Positions 19,985-31,610 are shown, counted from the stretch's first letter. The stretch: 64,000 nucleotides of DNA from Thermoanaerobaculia bacterium (GCA_963816185.1 CAWFJJ010000001.1:256001-320000), one strand, 5' to 3'. Program-made: numbers and translations. Notes: generated by a model from the sequence alone, not told the origin.

Positions 19985-22179
19985 ATGCCTCCCGCGAGAA
20001 ACGGCCTCTTCCTGGGCCGGGCCGTCGACCCGGCTTCGGGAAAGACCGGCGCCGAGCCTTTCCTCCTCGACCCCGCCGACCTCACGACGCACGGCCTCAT
20101 CGTAGGCATGACGGGGAGCGGCAAGACGGCGCTCGGCATCGTCCTGATCGAGGAGCTGCTCTTGCGCGGCATCCCGGTCCTCGCGATCGACCCGAAAGGG
20201 GACCTCGGCAACCTGCTCCTCGACTTTCCGGGCCTTTCGCCCGCGGAGTTCGCGCCCTTCGTCGACCCGTCCGCCGGGACGCCCGAGTCCGAGGCGAAGA
20301 AGTGGTCGGAGGGCCTCGCGGGCTGGGGACTCCATCCCGCGGACGTCCGGGCGCTCGTCGACAGCCGGGACGCCGTGATCTTCACGCCCGGTTCGACGTC
20401 GGGAACGCCGGTCGACCTCTTCGGATCCTGTGCGCCTCCGCCGAAGGAGGCCGACGACGAGGACCGCCGGGACGTCGTCACGGCCTTCGTGGGAGGGCTT
20501 CTCACCCTCGCGGGCCGCGACGCGGATCCCGTGAAATCGCGCGACTTCATCTTCCTGTCGCTCTGCGTGACCGCGCTCTGGGAGAAGGGCGCAACCGCGA
20601 CGTTCGAGTCGCTTCTCGAGCTTGCGGCCTCGCCGCCTTTCGCGAAGGTCGGCGTGCTGCCCCTCGAGACGTTCTATCCCGCGAAGGAGCGGCAAGATCT
20701 CGTCCTCGCGGTCAATGCCCTCCTCGCATCGCCCGCGACGTCTGCGTTCCGCGAAGGGGAGCCGCTCGACGTCGGGCGGATGCTGGCTCCGACGCCGGCC
20801 GGCGGGAAAGCGCGGCTTTCGATCGTTTCGATCGCGCACCTCGGCGACGCCGAGCGAATCTTCGTCGTGGCGACGCTCCTTGCGCGCGTGAAAGCCTGGA
20901 TGCGCTCGCTGCCGGGCAGCCCCGCGCTCCGGGCGCTCGTCTACGTGGACGAGATCTTCGGGTTCTTCCCGCCCTCGGCCGAGCCGCCCACGAAAAGGCC
21001 GCTCCTCACGCTTCTCAAGCAGGCGCGAGCGTTCGGGGTGGGAGTCGCCCTCGCCTCGCAGAACCCCGTCGACCTCGACTACCGCGGCCTCGCGAACTGC
21101 GGCTGCTGGTGGATGGGCACGCTTCAGACCGAGCGGGACAAGCTGCGCCTCTCCGAGGGGCTCGTGGAAGCCGGCGGCACGGACGCCTCGGAGCTCCTGA
21201 CCAGGACGCGGAAGCGCGTCTTTCTCCTGAACGACGTGCACCGCAAGGAGCCCGCGCTCGTCGAGACGCGCTGGGCGATGAGCTATCTCCGCGGGCCGAT
21301 GACGAAGGCCGACCTCACGAGGCTGAAGGGTGCCGGCGGCGAGGCGACCGCGCCGCCGAGGAAGACCCCGGCGGAGTCGGCGGCGCCCGCCCTTTCCTCG
21401 GCTTGGCCGGTGCGATGGCTCGAGAAGCGGAATGCCGACATCGCATCCCCGTCGCTTTTCGTGAAGTATGCCGTGCGCTTCCATTCGGGTACGTCGTCTG
21501 CGCCGGAGATCACCGCCGCAAAGCTTTTCCCCCTCACAGCGGGGTCCCCCGCGGAAGTGCTGGAGACCGAACCCTCGACCTCGAGCCCTCCGGCCTGGAG
21601 TCGCTGAGAGCCGCCGCACCCGGCCGGCCGCTGCGATATGCGGACCTGCCCGCATGGCTCGGCGAAGGAACGGTGAAGGCCGTCGAAAAGGCGGTGCGAT
21701 CGCGGCTCCCCGACAAGCTCGCAACGACGCTCCTGAAGGATCCCGTCACGGGCGCGCTCTCCTCTCCGGGCGAATCGCCCGAGGACTTCGCGAAGCGCCT
21801 CGCGACGGGCACAGAGCCGCCGGCGGCTCTTCGCGAGAAGCTCGAGAAGAAGCGCCGCGATCTCGCGGCGGCCGAGGCCTCCGAGCAGGGGAGATCGATG
21901 GAGACTCTCGCGACAGGCGCCGCGGCGGCTTGGGACGTCGTCGGGGGGATTTTCTTTGGAAGAAAGAGAACGCTGCGCGTCTCGAAAGTCAGCTCGGTTC
22001 TGACGAAGAAACGGCTCGAGGACGCCGCGGACGCCAAAGTCTCAGGTCTTCGCGCCGAGGTCGCCTCGTTGGAGGAGAAGGTGGCTCCGCCGGACACGAG
22101 TCGCTTCGAGAAGGTGAACGTCGTCCCGGCCGCAGCACACGTGGACGTGCTGTCGATCGGAATAGCCTGGATCTGTTAA
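19985..22179 (+). CDS. HerA/FtsK-superfamily P-loop ATPase (DUF87/DUF853-like), frameshifted near 21573
   Basis: [47 protein letters not shown]; coiled-coil C-terminus continues in the frame ending 22179. Confidence 0.85.
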
Positions 22180-22318
22180 GAGAAGAGTAAGAAAGATTTC
22201 TTAGAAGGTAATAGGGCTGGGGCAGCGCCGCCCTTGCCGCGAGGCGCCTGCCCTGCCCGAGAACGCATTCACTTTCTAAGAAACTCTTATCTTCGGTCTC
22301 TTTCTCTAGAATCCTCCC
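22176..22318. repeat. Purine-tract inverted pair with GC-rich inner hairpin, locus C (intergenic)
   Basis: TTTCTTAGAAGGT (22197-22209) versus ACTTTCTAAGAAA (22271-22283); inner GGGCAG-CGCC...GGCG-CCTGCCC. Confidence 0.7.
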
Positions 22319-22690
22319 ATGCCCAAGATACCTCCCCGGAAGGAAGTGCTTGAGCACCCGCTCTACCGCGCGGCCATGGCCGCGCAGCACCTCGCCTATC
22401 AGCTCATGCGCGAGGTGCCGCCCGAGCACAAGGCCGCCGCGACGCGGCTGCACGCGTCGCTCGTCCACGCCACGACGTATGCAGCCTACGCGGTCGACCC
22501 GGACGTGCCCGACAAGGAGGCGCAGCGGGCGGGCCTCGCCGCGACCGCGGCCCGGGCGAAGGAGCAGCTCCAGCCGCTCGCCCAGTTCGCCGGCGACGCG
22601 CGCGACGTGGAGAAGCTGAGCGAAAAGATCAGCGAGCTGTCTTCGGCAGGGGAAAAGGGGCTCATTCCTCCCTCTTCGTCCCCAGGATGA
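22319..22690 (+). CDS. Small all-helical protein, four-helix-bundle-like
   Basis: PLYRAAMAAQHLAYQLMREVPPEH...TRLHAS pattern resembles degenerate 23S-IVP/four-helix-bundle proteins; TAGAAT 6 nt before ATG. Confidence 0.5.
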   Translation: MPKIPPRKEVLEHPLYRAAMAAQHLAYQLMREVPPEHKAAATRLHASLVHATTYAAYAVDPDVPDKEAQRAGLAATAARAKEQLQPLAQFAGDARDVEKLSEKISELSSAGEKGLIPPSSSPG

Positions 22691-23012
22691 CGAGCACGAT
22701 CAGGAGCAGGAGGACGATCAGACCGATGACGATCGTCGTCGTACGCGAAGAGCCTGCCGGCGACTCGGCTGCCGCGGCGTTCGACGTGGCGGCGGTCGCC
22801 GCCGCTGCCGTGGTCGGCTGCGGGGCCTCGCCCGTGGTGGGAGCGGCGGCCGCCGTCGAAGGAGCGCCCGTCGACGCCGCCGCGGGCGGGGCCGTCGCGG
22901 ATTCGGCGGGTTTCGGCGCGGCGGCCGTGCTGGCAGTCGACTGCGAACGGGCGGCGGACGAGACGAGGGCGAGAGCGAGGAGGAGGGCGGAGATCGCGGC
23001 GCGTGGCTTCAT
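22662..23012 (-). CDS. Small Ala/Pro/Thr-rich exported protein with C-terminal TM anchor
   Basis: Signal peptide, low-complexity spacer, IVIGLIVLLLLIVLVIL followed by KREE. Confidence 0.7.
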   Translation of the reverse strand: MKPRAAISALLLALALVSSAARSQSTASTAAAPKPAESATAPPAAASTGAPSTAAAAPTTGEAPQPTTAAAATAATSNAAAAESPAGSSRTTTIVIGLIVLLLLIVLVILGTKREE

Positions 23013-23060
23013 AGCGGATGAAACTATCGGGCGGACACCGAAGCGTCAAGCGGTCGGGGC

Positions 23061-24606
23061 GTGCGCGTGACGACGCTCCCGCGCGCGGGTTGGCGCCTCG
23101 ACGCGGCCGTTTTCCTCTCGGGCGCGGCCCTGATGGGCCTCGAGATCGTCGGGAGCCGCGTCCTCGCTCCGGTTTTCGGGACCTCGCTCTTCGTCTGGGG
23201 AGCCCTGATCACGACTTTTCTCGCGGCGCTCGCGCTCGGATATGCCTTCGGCGGGCGCCTGGCCGATCGCCGGCCCGACCCGGGAATGCTGGCCGCGCTC
23301 CTCGCGTGCAGCGGAATCCTGCTCTTCGCGGTCTTCTCGTCCCCTCAGGTCCTGCTCGCGGCGCTCGGCCGCGCCTCCGTTCCCGAGCGCTTTCGCCCGC
23401 TCGTCGCGGCCGTGATTCTGTTCGGCCCGCCCAGCGTCCTGATGGGGATGGTCACGCCCTTCGCGGTGCGCCTCGCCGCGAAGGAGATCGCGACGGTCGG
23501 CGCTGCGGCGGGCCGCCTGTCTGCGCTCTCCACGGCGGGCTCCATCCTGGGAACGTTCGCGACGGCCTTCTTCCTCATTCCGGCATTCGCGACCCGGCCG
23601 ATCCTCTTCGGCCTCGGCGCAACGCTTCTCGTGGCCTCGCTGCTCGTTCCCGTCCCGCGCTCGGCTGCACGGTTCGCGCTCGTTTCCCTCCTGGCGATCG
23701 GGGGCGCGGTCTCGTACCTTGCCGTGCCTTCGGATACGGGTTCACCCGAGCCGGCCGGGAAGGTCGTCTACGAGAAGGAGACGGCCTATCACCACCTCCG
23801 CGTCGTCGACGGGGGGCTCCGCCGCTCGCTCTATTTCGACGCTCGCCTGCAGGGCTTCATCGCCGTGCGGCCCGACCTCGTGCTGCACGAAGAACTATAC
23901 GGACGGCATGATGCTCGCGCTCCTTTTTCCCGTCCGGCCCGTCAAGACGGCCGTCATGATCGGTCTCGGGGCGGGCATGGTCCCGACCCTCCTTTCCGAG
24001 CGCGCGCCGGAGATCGCCACGACCTCGATCGAGATCGACCCCGAGGTCGTCGAGACCGCGCGGCGCTTCTTTCGATTCACGCCGGGCGCGAACAGCCGCG
24101 TTCTCGTGGGCGACGGCCGGCGTGAGCTCGACCGCCAGGTTCCGGCCGCCGACGTCATATTCGTGGACGCGTATTTCGCGGACAGCTTGCCTTTCCATCT
24201 CGTGACGAAGGAGTTCTTCGAGCTCTGCCATCGAAAGCTCCCGCCAGACGGCGTCCTCGCGATGAACTTCGGCGGCCTGCTGACGGGCCGGCGGAACGTC
24301 CTGTTCTGGGCGGCGGTCAAGACCGTCCGCCTCGTCTTTCCGCGCACGTACATCTTCTCGTCCGAGCTCGCATCGGGGCGAGCGACCTTCGCCTCGAACG
24401 CCATCCTCATCGCGACGCGATCTCCCGACGGCCTCGACAGGGCCACGATCTCCGACCGCGCCGCCGTGCTCGCGAAAAAGCTCTCACGCCCGCCCGTCGT
24501 GGACTGGGCGAACGAGCTTTACGACGGCGAGCTGAAGGTCGGGGATGTCCCGGTCCTCACGGACGCGTACGCGCCGACCGACGCGCTCCAGAACCTCACG
24601 CGATGA
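23061..24606 (+). CDS. Fused MFS-like membrane domain/spermidine synthase-like methyltransferase, frameshifted near 23888
   Basis: MGLEIVGSRVLAPVFG, STAGSILG, IGLGAG, IEIDPEV, GDGR, VDAY, VLTDAYAP. Confidence 0.85.
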
Positions 24607-25619
24607 ATCGCCGGCTCCGTCTCGCGTGCGGGGTTTCCGCGCTCGTCGTCGCCGTGGCCTGCGCGCCTCGCGAGCGGCCCCCGGCGGTTTCCGCCTCCGA
24701 CCCCGCGGGCGAGACGCTCGAGGCCGACACGCGAGCGCTGTGCGCGCTCGGGCCGCGCGTGACGGGCTCCGATGCGTGCACGCGGGCGGAGGAATGGGCC
24801 GCCGCGCGCCTTCGCGAGTCGGGCCTCGCCGCGCGGCTCGAGCCCTGGGAGTGGCCTTCCCGCCCGCCCGGAGCCGCGATCCCGCGCAACGTGGTGGCGG
24901 AGCTTCCCGGCCGGGATCGGCCGGGCGAGATCGTGCTCCTCGCCGCGCATCTCGACACGGTGGCGGGAAGCTCCGGCGCGAACGACGATGCCGTGAACGT
25001 GGCGCTCGTCCTGGGCGTGGCTCGGGCGATGCGCGCGGCGGGCCCCGCTCGCCGGTCGCTGCGCTTCGTCCTCTTCACCGGAGAGGAGCAGAAGCTTCTC
25101 GGCTCACGGGCTTATGTGAAGGCGCACGCGAAAGAGCTCGGGGCGCACGTCCTCGCTCTCGTGTACGACCTCGGGTCCGCACGGACGCTGGGCTTTTACC
25201 TGAACGGACGGAAGCAGGACCTGCGCGCGCTCTTCATGCGCGCCCTGTCCACGCGCGAGGGCTCGGGCCGCCTCGTCGGCCTTTATTCCATCTGGGAGGG
25301 ATGCGACGCCTTCTCGTTCGTGGAGGAGGGAATTCCGGCGCTGACCGCCTACCAGGAGCTCGGGCCGTACCTTGCCGTCTACCACTCGGAAAGAGACAGG
25401 GTCGAGACGGTGAATTTCGCGGCGGCGCGCGAGAACGCGGCGCTCGCCTCCGCCCTCGTGAAAGGGGTGGCGGAAGACCCGGAGCCCGCGTTGCGCCGGA
25501 TGACGCCGGAAGAAACCGCGGCCCTCCTCGAGCGCCACGGACTCGGAAAGGCCCCTCCGGATGTCAGTGCGTCCGCCCGCCCGACCGTTCTTCCCGGAGC
25601 TGCGCCAGCTCGCCCCTGA
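24603..25619 (+). CDS. M28-family metallopeptidase lipoprotein
   Basis: Lipobox AVAC, NVVAELPG, AHLD, GANDD, GEEQKLLGS, YH...D. Confidence 0.85.
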   Translation: MNRRLRLACGVSALVVAVACAPRERPPAVSASDPAGETLEADTRALCALGPRVTGSDACTRAEEWAAARLRESGLAARLEPWEWPSRPPGAAIPRNVVAELPGRDRPGEIVLLAAHLDTVAGSSGANDDAVNVALVLGVARAMRAAGPARRSLRFVLFTGEEQKLLGSRAYVKAHAKELGAHVLALVYDLGSARTLGFYLNGRKQDLRALFMRALSTREGSGRLVGLYSIWEGCDAFSFVEEGIPALTAYQELGPYLAVYHSERDRVETVNFAAARENAALASALVKGVAEDPEPALRRMTPEETAALLERHGLGKAPPDVSASARPTVLPGAAPARP

Positions 25620-25935
25620 GAGCCGAGAGATCGCTCAGGAGACTCTCGCGGTCCGGCTCGGGGATCCCGGCGAGGGCGGGCTCGGAAGTCAGCAGCTTCG
25701 CCACCTCGGCTAGCTTCGTCTCGGCCAGGTCGAGCGCTTCCGCCACGTCGCTGCCCGGGAGATCGAGAAAAGCCTCCCCGACGAGCGACGGGACCGAGAC
25801 GGCGGCCTTCCGAAGCCGGGTCCCGGCCTCCGTACCCTTCGCCCCGGCGGCCTCGACCGCGGCGTACACGGTGTGAGCAAAACTCATTCCGCGCTTCCAG
25901 GTCGGGAGGTTCTTGTAGTGGCTCACCATCGTCAT
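25564..25935 (-). CDS. Four-helix-bundle protein (23S rRNA-IVP/TIGR02436-like)
   Basis: [19 protein letters not shown]...[15 protein letters not shown] matches the family pattern Y-x-x-L-x-x-W...Q-x-R-R-A-A-x-S-x-P-S-N-I-A-E. Confidence 0.7.
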   Translation of the reverse strand: MTMVSHYKNLPTWKRGMSFAHTVYAAVEAAGAKGTEAGTRLRKAAVSVPSLVGEAFLDLPGSDVAEALDLAETKLAEVAKLLTSEPALAGIPEPDRESLLSDLSALRGELAQLREERSGGRTH

Positions 25936-26038
25936 CCTAGTACGTTTGCATGGTCGCGGGCGTCGCAATCCCGGTGCTAGGCTCCTCGATATTCAGGCAC
26001 GTCTTTCGACCTTGACGTGCGAGGAAGGAGCGAAGCCA

Positions 26039-26965
26039 ATGCGACGCAAAGTCACTGTGATCGGTGCCGGAAATGTGGGCGCGACCGTCGCCCAGAGAAT
26101 CGTCGAAAAGGAGCTCGCCGACGTCGTCCTCGTGGACGTCATCGAGGGGGTCCCGCAGGGCAAGGGGCTGGACATGATCCAGTCGGGCGCCGTCGAGGGC
26201 TTCGACATGAGGATCGTCGGCTCGAACGGCTACGACGAGACCGCGGGGTCCGACCTCGTGATCGTCACGGCCGGTCTCGCGCGCAAGCCGGGCATGTCGC
26301 GGGACGACCTCCTGCACAAGAACGAGGAGATCGTCGCGAGCTGCATCTCGAAGACGACGCGCGGGTCGCGCGACCTGACCGTCATCGTCGTCACGAATCC
26401 GCTCGACGCGATGTGCGAGGTCGTCCGCCGCGTCACGAAGCTGCCCAAGAACAGGGTCATCGGCATGGCGGGAATCCTGGACAGCGCCCGGATGCGCGCG
26501 TTCATCGCGATGGAGCTCGGCGTCTCGATGACGAACATCCACGCGACCGTCCTCGGCGGACACGGCGACACGATGGTCCCGCTCCCGCGGTACTCCACGG
26601 TGGCCGGCGTGCCGATCACCGAGCTGCTGTCGCCCGAGCGCGTCGCGGCGATCGTCAAGCGCACCGCGGGCGGCGGCGCCGAGATCGTGAACCTCCTGAA
26701 GACGGGCTCGGCCTACTACGCCCCGTCCGCGGCCGCCGTCGAGATGACCGAGGCGATTTTCAACGACCGCAAGAAGATCCTGCCGTGCGCCGCGTACCTC
26801 GAGGGCGAGTACGGAATCAACGGCGTCTTCGTGGGCGTTCCGGTCGTGCTCGGCAAGAACGGAATCGAGAGGATCATCGAGCTCAAGCTCACGCCGGAAG
26901 AGTCCGCCGCCCTCAAGAAGTCCGCCAGCTCCGTTCAGGAGCTCGTCGGATTGCTGGCCGTCTGA
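26039..26965 (+). CDS. mdh: Malate dehydrogenase (LDH-like)
   Basis: [43 protein letters not shown]. Confidence 0.96.
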   Translation: MRRKVTVIGAGNVGATVAQRIVEKELADVVLVDVIEGVPQGKGLDMIQSGAVEGFDMRIVGSNGYDETAGSDLVIVTAGLARKPGMSRDDLLHKNEEIVASCISKTTRGSRDLTVIVVTNPLDAMCEVVRRVTKLPKNRVIGMAGILDSARMRAFIAMELGVSMTNIHATVLGGHGDTMVPLPRYSTVAGVPITELLSPERVAAIVKRTAGGGAEIVNLLKTGSAYYAPSAAAVEMTEAIFNDRKKILPCAAYLEGEYGINGVFVGVPVVLGKNGIERIIELKLTPEESAALKKSASSVQELVGLLAV

Positions 26966-27000
26966 TTCCGTCCGACAACTGAGGGAGGAGACTCGATCGC

Positions 27001-27669
27001 ATGGCGGCTCCCGCGCACCTTCTGAACTCGTCGGTCGGCAAGAAGATCGTCATGGCGATCACCGGGATCGTCCTTTCGCTCTTCGTCCTCGGCCACATGG
27101 CCGGAAACCTGCAGGCCTTCCTTCCGAACGGCCCGGCGGCGCTGGACCACTACGGCGCCTTCCTGCGAGAGCTCGTGCACGGCACCGGAATCTGGTTCGT
27201 CCGGGCGGGGCTCCTCCTCGCGGTGGGCCTCCACATCTGGGCCTACCTCGGCCTCTCGCTGAAGAGCTGGGCGGCCCGGCCGCAGGGCTATCGGGTGACG
27301 GACTACGAGGAGGCCACGCTCGCGTCGCGCTCGATGCGCTGGACGGGCCCTCTCCTCGGGATCTTCATCGTCTACCACATCCTCCACATGACGACGGGCA
27401 CGCTCCACCCGCACTTCGTCGAGGGCAGGGTCTACCAGAACCTCGTCGCGGGTCTCACGCCCGTCGCCGTCGCGCTCTTCTATCTCGTCGCGATGGGCGC
27501 GCTCGCGTTTCATCTGTTCCACGGCGCCTGGAGCATGTTGCAGACCCTCGGCCTGTCGCACCCGAAGTACGACCCGTGGCGAAAGCGCCTCGCGATCGCC
27601 TTCACGATCGTCGTGGCCGGGGGTTTCGCCCTCGTCCCGATCGCGGTCCTCGCGGGGTGGCTGAAATGA
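27001..27669 (+). CDS. sdhC: Succinate dehydrogenase cytochrome b subunit (single-anchor type)
   Basis: [33 protein letters not shown]; five TM helices; upstream of sdhA. Confidence 0.92.
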   Translation: MAAPAHLLNSSVGKKIVMAITGIVLSLFVLGHMAGNLQAFLPNGPAALDHYGAFLRELVHGTGIWFVRAGLLLAVGLHIWAYLGLSLKSWAARPQGYRVTDYEEATLASRSMRWTGPLLGIFIVYHILHMTTGTLHPHFVEGRVYQNLVAGLTPVAVALFYLVAMGALAFHLFHGAWSMLQTLGLSHPKYDPWRKRLAIAFTIVVAGGFALVPIAVLAGWLK

Positions 27670-27809
27670 AGACACGGGAGAAGAAGAAGCTTTTCTTAGA
27701 AAGAAAGAATTCGGAGAAGAAAAAGATCTTCTTAGAAGGAAAGAGAGACAGCGGCGTGCCGAGTATTGGTTTCTTCGTGGCTCTTTCCGGGGGGCGCTCA
27801 TGGAACTGA
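27666..27809 (+). other. Purine-tract motif tandem (locus D) forming a 47-codon bridging mini-ORF between sdhC and sdhA
   Basis: TTCTTAGAA at 27693 and 27729; ATG overlaps the sdhC stop (ATGA) and the stop lies 10 nt into sdhA. Confidence 0.55.
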
Positions 27810-29713
27810 AGTCGAACGTCCCCGATGGTCCTCTCGAGAAGAAGTGGGACAAGTACCGCTTCGACATGAAGCTCGTCAACCCGGCGAACAAGCGCAAGTA
27901 CTCGGTCATCGTCGTCGGCTCCGGCCTCGCCGGCGGCGCGGGGGCCGCGTCGCTCGCCGAGCTCGGCTACAACGTCTCGTGCTTCTGCTATCAGGACAGC
28001 CCGCGGCGCGCGCACTCGATCGCGGCGCAGGGCGGCATCAACGCTTCGAAGAACTACCAGAACGACGGCGACAGCATCCAGCGACTCTTCTACGACACGA
28101 TCAAGGGCGGGGACTTCCGCGCCCGCGAGGCGAACGTCTACCGGCTCGCGCAGGTCAGTGCGAACATCATCGACCAGTGCGTCGCCCAGGGCGTGCCGTT
28201 CGGACGCGAATACGGCGGCACGCTCGCGAACCGCTCGTTCGGCGGCGCGCAGGTGTCGCGCACGTTCTACGCGCGCGGCCAGACGGGGCAGCAGCTCCTC
28301 CTCGGCGCCTATCAGGCCCTCGCGCGCCAGATCGGCCTCGGCAACGTGAAGATGCACGCGCGCCACGAGATGCTCGAGGTCGTCCTCGTCGACGGCCGCG
28401 CGCGCGGCATCGTGACCCGCAACATGATCACGGGCGCCATCGAGTCGCACGTGGCCGACGCCGTCGTCCTCGCGACCGGCGGCTACGCGAACGTCTTCTA
28501 CCTCTCCACGAACGCCGCGGGTTGCAACACGACGGCGATCTGGCGGGCGTACAAGAAGGGCGCGGCCTTCGCGAATCCCTGCTACACGCAGATCCATCCG
28601 ACCTGCATCCCCGTCACGGGCGACCACCAGTCCAAGCTCACGCTCATGTCCGAGTCGCTCCGCAACGACGGGCGCATCTGGGTGCCTCTCAAGAAGGGCG
28701 AGATGCGGCCCCCCGACCAGATCCCCGAGGCGGAGCGCGACTACTACCTCGAGCGCAAGTACCCGTCGTACGGCAACCTCGCGCCGCGCGACATCGCGTC
28801 CCGCGCCGCCAAGCAGGTGTGCGACGAGGGGCGTGGCGTGGGAGAGACCGGCCTCGGCGTGTACCTCGACTTCGCGGACTCCATCAAGCGCCTCGGCGAG
28901 GACGTAATCCGCGAGCGCTACGGAAACCTGTTCGACATGTACGAGCGCATCACGGCGGAGAACCCGTACAAGGTCCCGATGCGCATCTTCCCGGCCGCGC
29001 ACTACGTGATGGGCGGCCTCTGGGTGGACTACAACCTCATGTCCACGATTCCGGGCCTCCACGTCGCGGGCGAGGCGAACTTCTCGGACCACGGCGCGAA
29101 CCGCCTCGGCGCGAGCGCCCTCATGCAGGGCCTCGCGGACGGATACTTCGTCCTGCCGTACACGATCGGCAACTACCTGGCGTCGACGAAGCAGCCGAAG
29201 ATCGACACGACGCACGCCGCGTTCCGGGAGGCCGAGGCGGCCGTCGGATCACGGATCAAGAGGCTTCTCGCGATCAAGGGGAAGCGGACCGTCGATTCCT
29301 TCCACAAGGAGCTCGGGAAGATCATGTGGGAGTACTGCGGCATGGGCCGCAACAAGGCCGGGCTCGAGACGGCTCTCCAGAAGATCCCCGCCCTGCGCGA
29401 GGAGTTCTGGAAGGACGCCGTCGTCGGCGGGCATTACGAGGAGCTGAACCAGTCGCTCGAGAGGGCCGGCCGCGTGGCCGATTTCCTCGAGCTCGGCGAG
29501 CTCTTGTGCCTCGACGCGCTCGCGCGCGAGGAATCCTGCGGCGGACACTTCCGCGAGGAGTACCAGACGCCGGACGGCGAGGCGCTTCGCAACGACGAGA
29601 AGTTCTGCCACGTCGCGGCCTGGGAGTACGCGGGCGAGGGCAAGGCGCCGATCCGCAACGTCGAGCCGCTCGCGTTCGAGAACGTGCACCTGACGCAGCG
29701 GAGTTACAAATGA
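27800..29713 (+). CDS. sdhA: Succinate dehydrogenase/fumarate reductase flavoprotein subunit
   Basis: [50 protein letters not shown]. Confidence 0.97.
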   Translation: MELKSNVPDGPLEKKWDKYRFDMKLVNPANKRKYSVIVVGSGLAGGAGAASLAELGYNVSCFCYQDSPRRAHSIAAQGGINASKNYQNDGDSIQRLFYDTIKGGDFRAREANVYRLAQVSANIIDQCVAQGVPFGREYGGTLANRSFGGAQVSRTFYARGQTGQQLLLGAYQALARQIGLGNVKMHARHEMLEVVLVDGRARGIVTRNMITGAIESHVADAVVLATGGYANVFYLSTNAAGCNTTAIWRAYKKGAAFANPCYTQIHPTCIPVTGDHQSKLTLMSESLRNDGRIWVPLKKGEMRPPDQIPEAERDYYLERKYPSYGNLAPRDIASRAAKQVCDEGRGVGETGLGVYLDFADSIKRLGEDVIRERYGNLFDMYERITAENPYKVPMRIFPAAHYVMGGLWVDYNLMSTIPGLHVAGEANFSDHGANRLGASALMQGLADGYFVLPYTIGNYLASTKQPKIDTTHAAFREAEAAVGSRIKRLLAIKGKRTVDSFHKELGKIMWEYCGMGRNKAGLETALQKIPALREEFWKDAVVGGHYEELNQSLERAGRVADFLELGELLCLDALAREESCGGHFREEYQTPDGEALRNDEKFCHVAAWEYAGEGKAPIRNVEPLAFENVHLTQRSYK

Positions 29714-30486
29714 AGCTCACCTTGAACGTCTGGCGTCAGAAGGACGCGAAGTCCGAGGGGAAGTTCGTCACGTACGACGCGCCGGACATCAGCCCCGACA
29801 TGTCCTTCCTCGAGATGCTCGACGTCGTCAACCAGCGCCTCATCCTGAGCGGTGAGGACCCGATCGCGTTCGACCACGACTGCCGCGAGGGCATCTGCGG
29901 GATGTGCGGCATCGTCGTGAACGGCAACCCGCACGGGCCGCGCCGCGGCACCACGAGCTGCCAGCTCCACATGCGCAGCTTCAAGGACGGCGACGTCATC
30001 ACGCTCGAGCCCTGGCGCGCGACGCCGTTCCCGGTCGTCAAGGACCTCATCGTCAACCGCTCGTCCTTCGACCGGATCATCGCCGCCGGAGGCTTCATCA
30101 CCCTGCCGACGGGCAATGCGCCGGACGGCAACGCGATTCCGGTCCCGAAGGACTGCGCCGAGCGCTCGATGGACGCGGCCGCGTGCATCGGCTGCGGCGC
30201 CTGCGCGGCGGCCTGCCCGAACGGCTCGGCGATGCTGTTCGTGGCGGCGAAGGTTTCGCACCTTGCGCTCCTGCCGCAGGGCCAGCCCGAGCGCTACGAC
30301 CGCGTCCTGTCGATGGTCGCGCAGATGGACGCGGAGGGCTTCGGCACGTGCACGAACCACGGCGAGTGCTCGCGCGCCTGCCCGAAGGAGATCCGCCAGG
30401 AGTTCATCGCGCAGCTCAATCGCGACTTCTTCAAGGCGACTCTCGTCAGCCGCCCGAAAGTCGCCGGGGGCGCCGGCGCCGGCTGA
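29710..30486 (+). CDS. sdhB: Succinate dehydrogenase iron-sulfur subunit
   Basis: [35 protein letters not shown]. Confidence 0.96.
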   Translation: MKLTLNVWRQKDAKSEGKFVTYDAPDISPDMSFLEMLDVVNQRLILSGEDPIAFDHDCREGICGMCGIVVNGNPHGPRRGTTSCQLHMRSFKDGDVITLEPWRATPFPVVKDLIVNRSSFDRIIAAGGFITLPTGNAPDGNAIPVPKDCAERSMDAAACIGCGACAAACPNGSAMLFVAAKVSHLALLPQGQPERYDRVLSMVAQMDAEGFGTCTNHGECSRACPKEIRQEFIAQLNRDFFKATLVSRPKVAGGAGAG

Positions 30487-30512
30487 CGATCTAGACTCCG
30501 CGCATGAACGCG

Positions 30513-30565
30513 CGGCGGGCGGCGGTCCTTCTCTCGGCTCCGATCCGCCCGCCGTTTTTCTTTTC
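30513..30565 (+). terminator. Intrinsic terminator after mdh-sdhCAB
   Basis: CGGCGGGCGG (30513-30522) pairs with CCGCCCGCCG (30545-30554), followed by TTTTTCTTTT; loop is long. Confidence 0.6.
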
Positions 30566-30692
30566 TTAAAAGCGACGCGCGGCAGCGGTGGAGTGATTTT
30601 CCGGCGCCGTCGCCCGCGACGCGCTGACGCCGGTCACCCATTTGCAAGAAAGACTTGCGCGATCGCGGTCCGTATTTTGCACACTCGAGAAC

Positions 30693-31601
30693 ATGATGGA
30701 CGAGCCACGAGATAAGAAAGAGACGCCACTGCTAGGAGCCACCGTACTTTTTCTCCTGCTCGCGGCCGGATCGCGGGCGGCGGCGCAGCCGATCGACTTC
30801 AACAGCCCCGAGGCGTGGGCACTGAAGTATTTCAGCGCGGTCACGACGTTCACCGCCATCGGGCCTCCGGTCTTTCGGCAGCCCGGCGCGATCGACTTCG
30901 GCCTCGAGGGGGGTTGGATTCCCCATTTGAGCGAGAGCCAGCGCCGCGTCGGCTTCGGCGGAACGGCTCTCGAAGACCTCAACAAGCTGGCGGTGTACGG
31001 CCGGCCGAGGCTGACGGTGGGCCTCCCCGGCGGTGTTTCTGCCGAGGCCGGATGGGTGCCCCCGGTCGGGATCAACGGCCAAAGAACGAACCTCTTCGAC
31101 GCGGCGCTCGAACGGCCGTTCTTCGTCGGGGGCTCCTGGTCGATGGGCGGTCGGCTCTACGGTCAGGTCGGCCACTCGTATGGCGATTACACGTGCTCGG
31201 AAGACGTCGTCGCGCAGCCGCCGGGTTCGCCCGGCAATCCCAAGAATTGCGACGCGCGGTCGACGGACTCCGCCACGCTCGACAATGCGGGCGCGGCCCT
31301 GACGGGCGGCGTCAAGGTCGGCGGCGGCGGAAACATCCACTTTGCCGTCGGCGGGACGTACAACGACCTCGTGTTCCAGGTCGGCGCCTATACGGGGGGA
31401 AAGCCCGACAACACCCGTCTCGCGACCCATGGCTGGACGGGCTGGGTGGCCGCGGGAGCCGGTTGGCCGCTCGGCAAGGCCGCCTCGATCGCGGCCGAGG
31501 CCTACTACAGCCCGCTTCTCGTCAAGCGGCCGCCGAATTTCGACACGCAGAACGACGGACTCTTCAACGTTCGGGCGCTCCTGCGCTTTCACCTGCGCTG
31601 A
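30693..31601 (+). CDS. Secreted hypothetical protein, probable outer-membrane beta-barrel
   Basis: Signal peptide, alternating beta-strand patterns, C-terminal RALLRFHLR. Confidence 0.6.
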   Translation: MMDEPRDKKETPLLGATVLFLLLAAGSRAAAQPIDFNSPEAWALKYFSAVTTFTAIGPPVFRQPGAIDFGLEGGWIPHLSESQRRVGFGGTALEDLNKLAVYGRPRLTVGLPGGVSAEAGWVPPVGINGQRTNLFDAALERPFFVGGSWSMGGRLYGQVGHSYGDYTCSEDVVAQPPGSPGNPKNCDARSTDSATLDNAGAALTGGVKVGGGGNIHFAVGGTYNDLVFQVGAYTGGKPDNTRLATHGWTGWVAAGAGWPLGKAASIAAEAYYSPLLVKRPPNFDTQNDGLFNVRALLRFHLR

Positions 31602-31610
31602 GGAACGCCG

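Noticed and set aside
19985-22179. HerA-based anti-phage system
   Set aside because: No SIR2, DUF4297 or NurA-like partner adjacent; GC-typical housekeeping context
22319-25935. Diversity-generating retroelement
   Set aside because: Avd-like fold only; no reverse transcriptase and no TR/VR pair with adenine-specific mismatches in the window
30555-30572. TTTTCTTAAAAG as another motif copy
   Set aside because: Coincides with the terminator U-tract and lacks the GAA half and a partner arm
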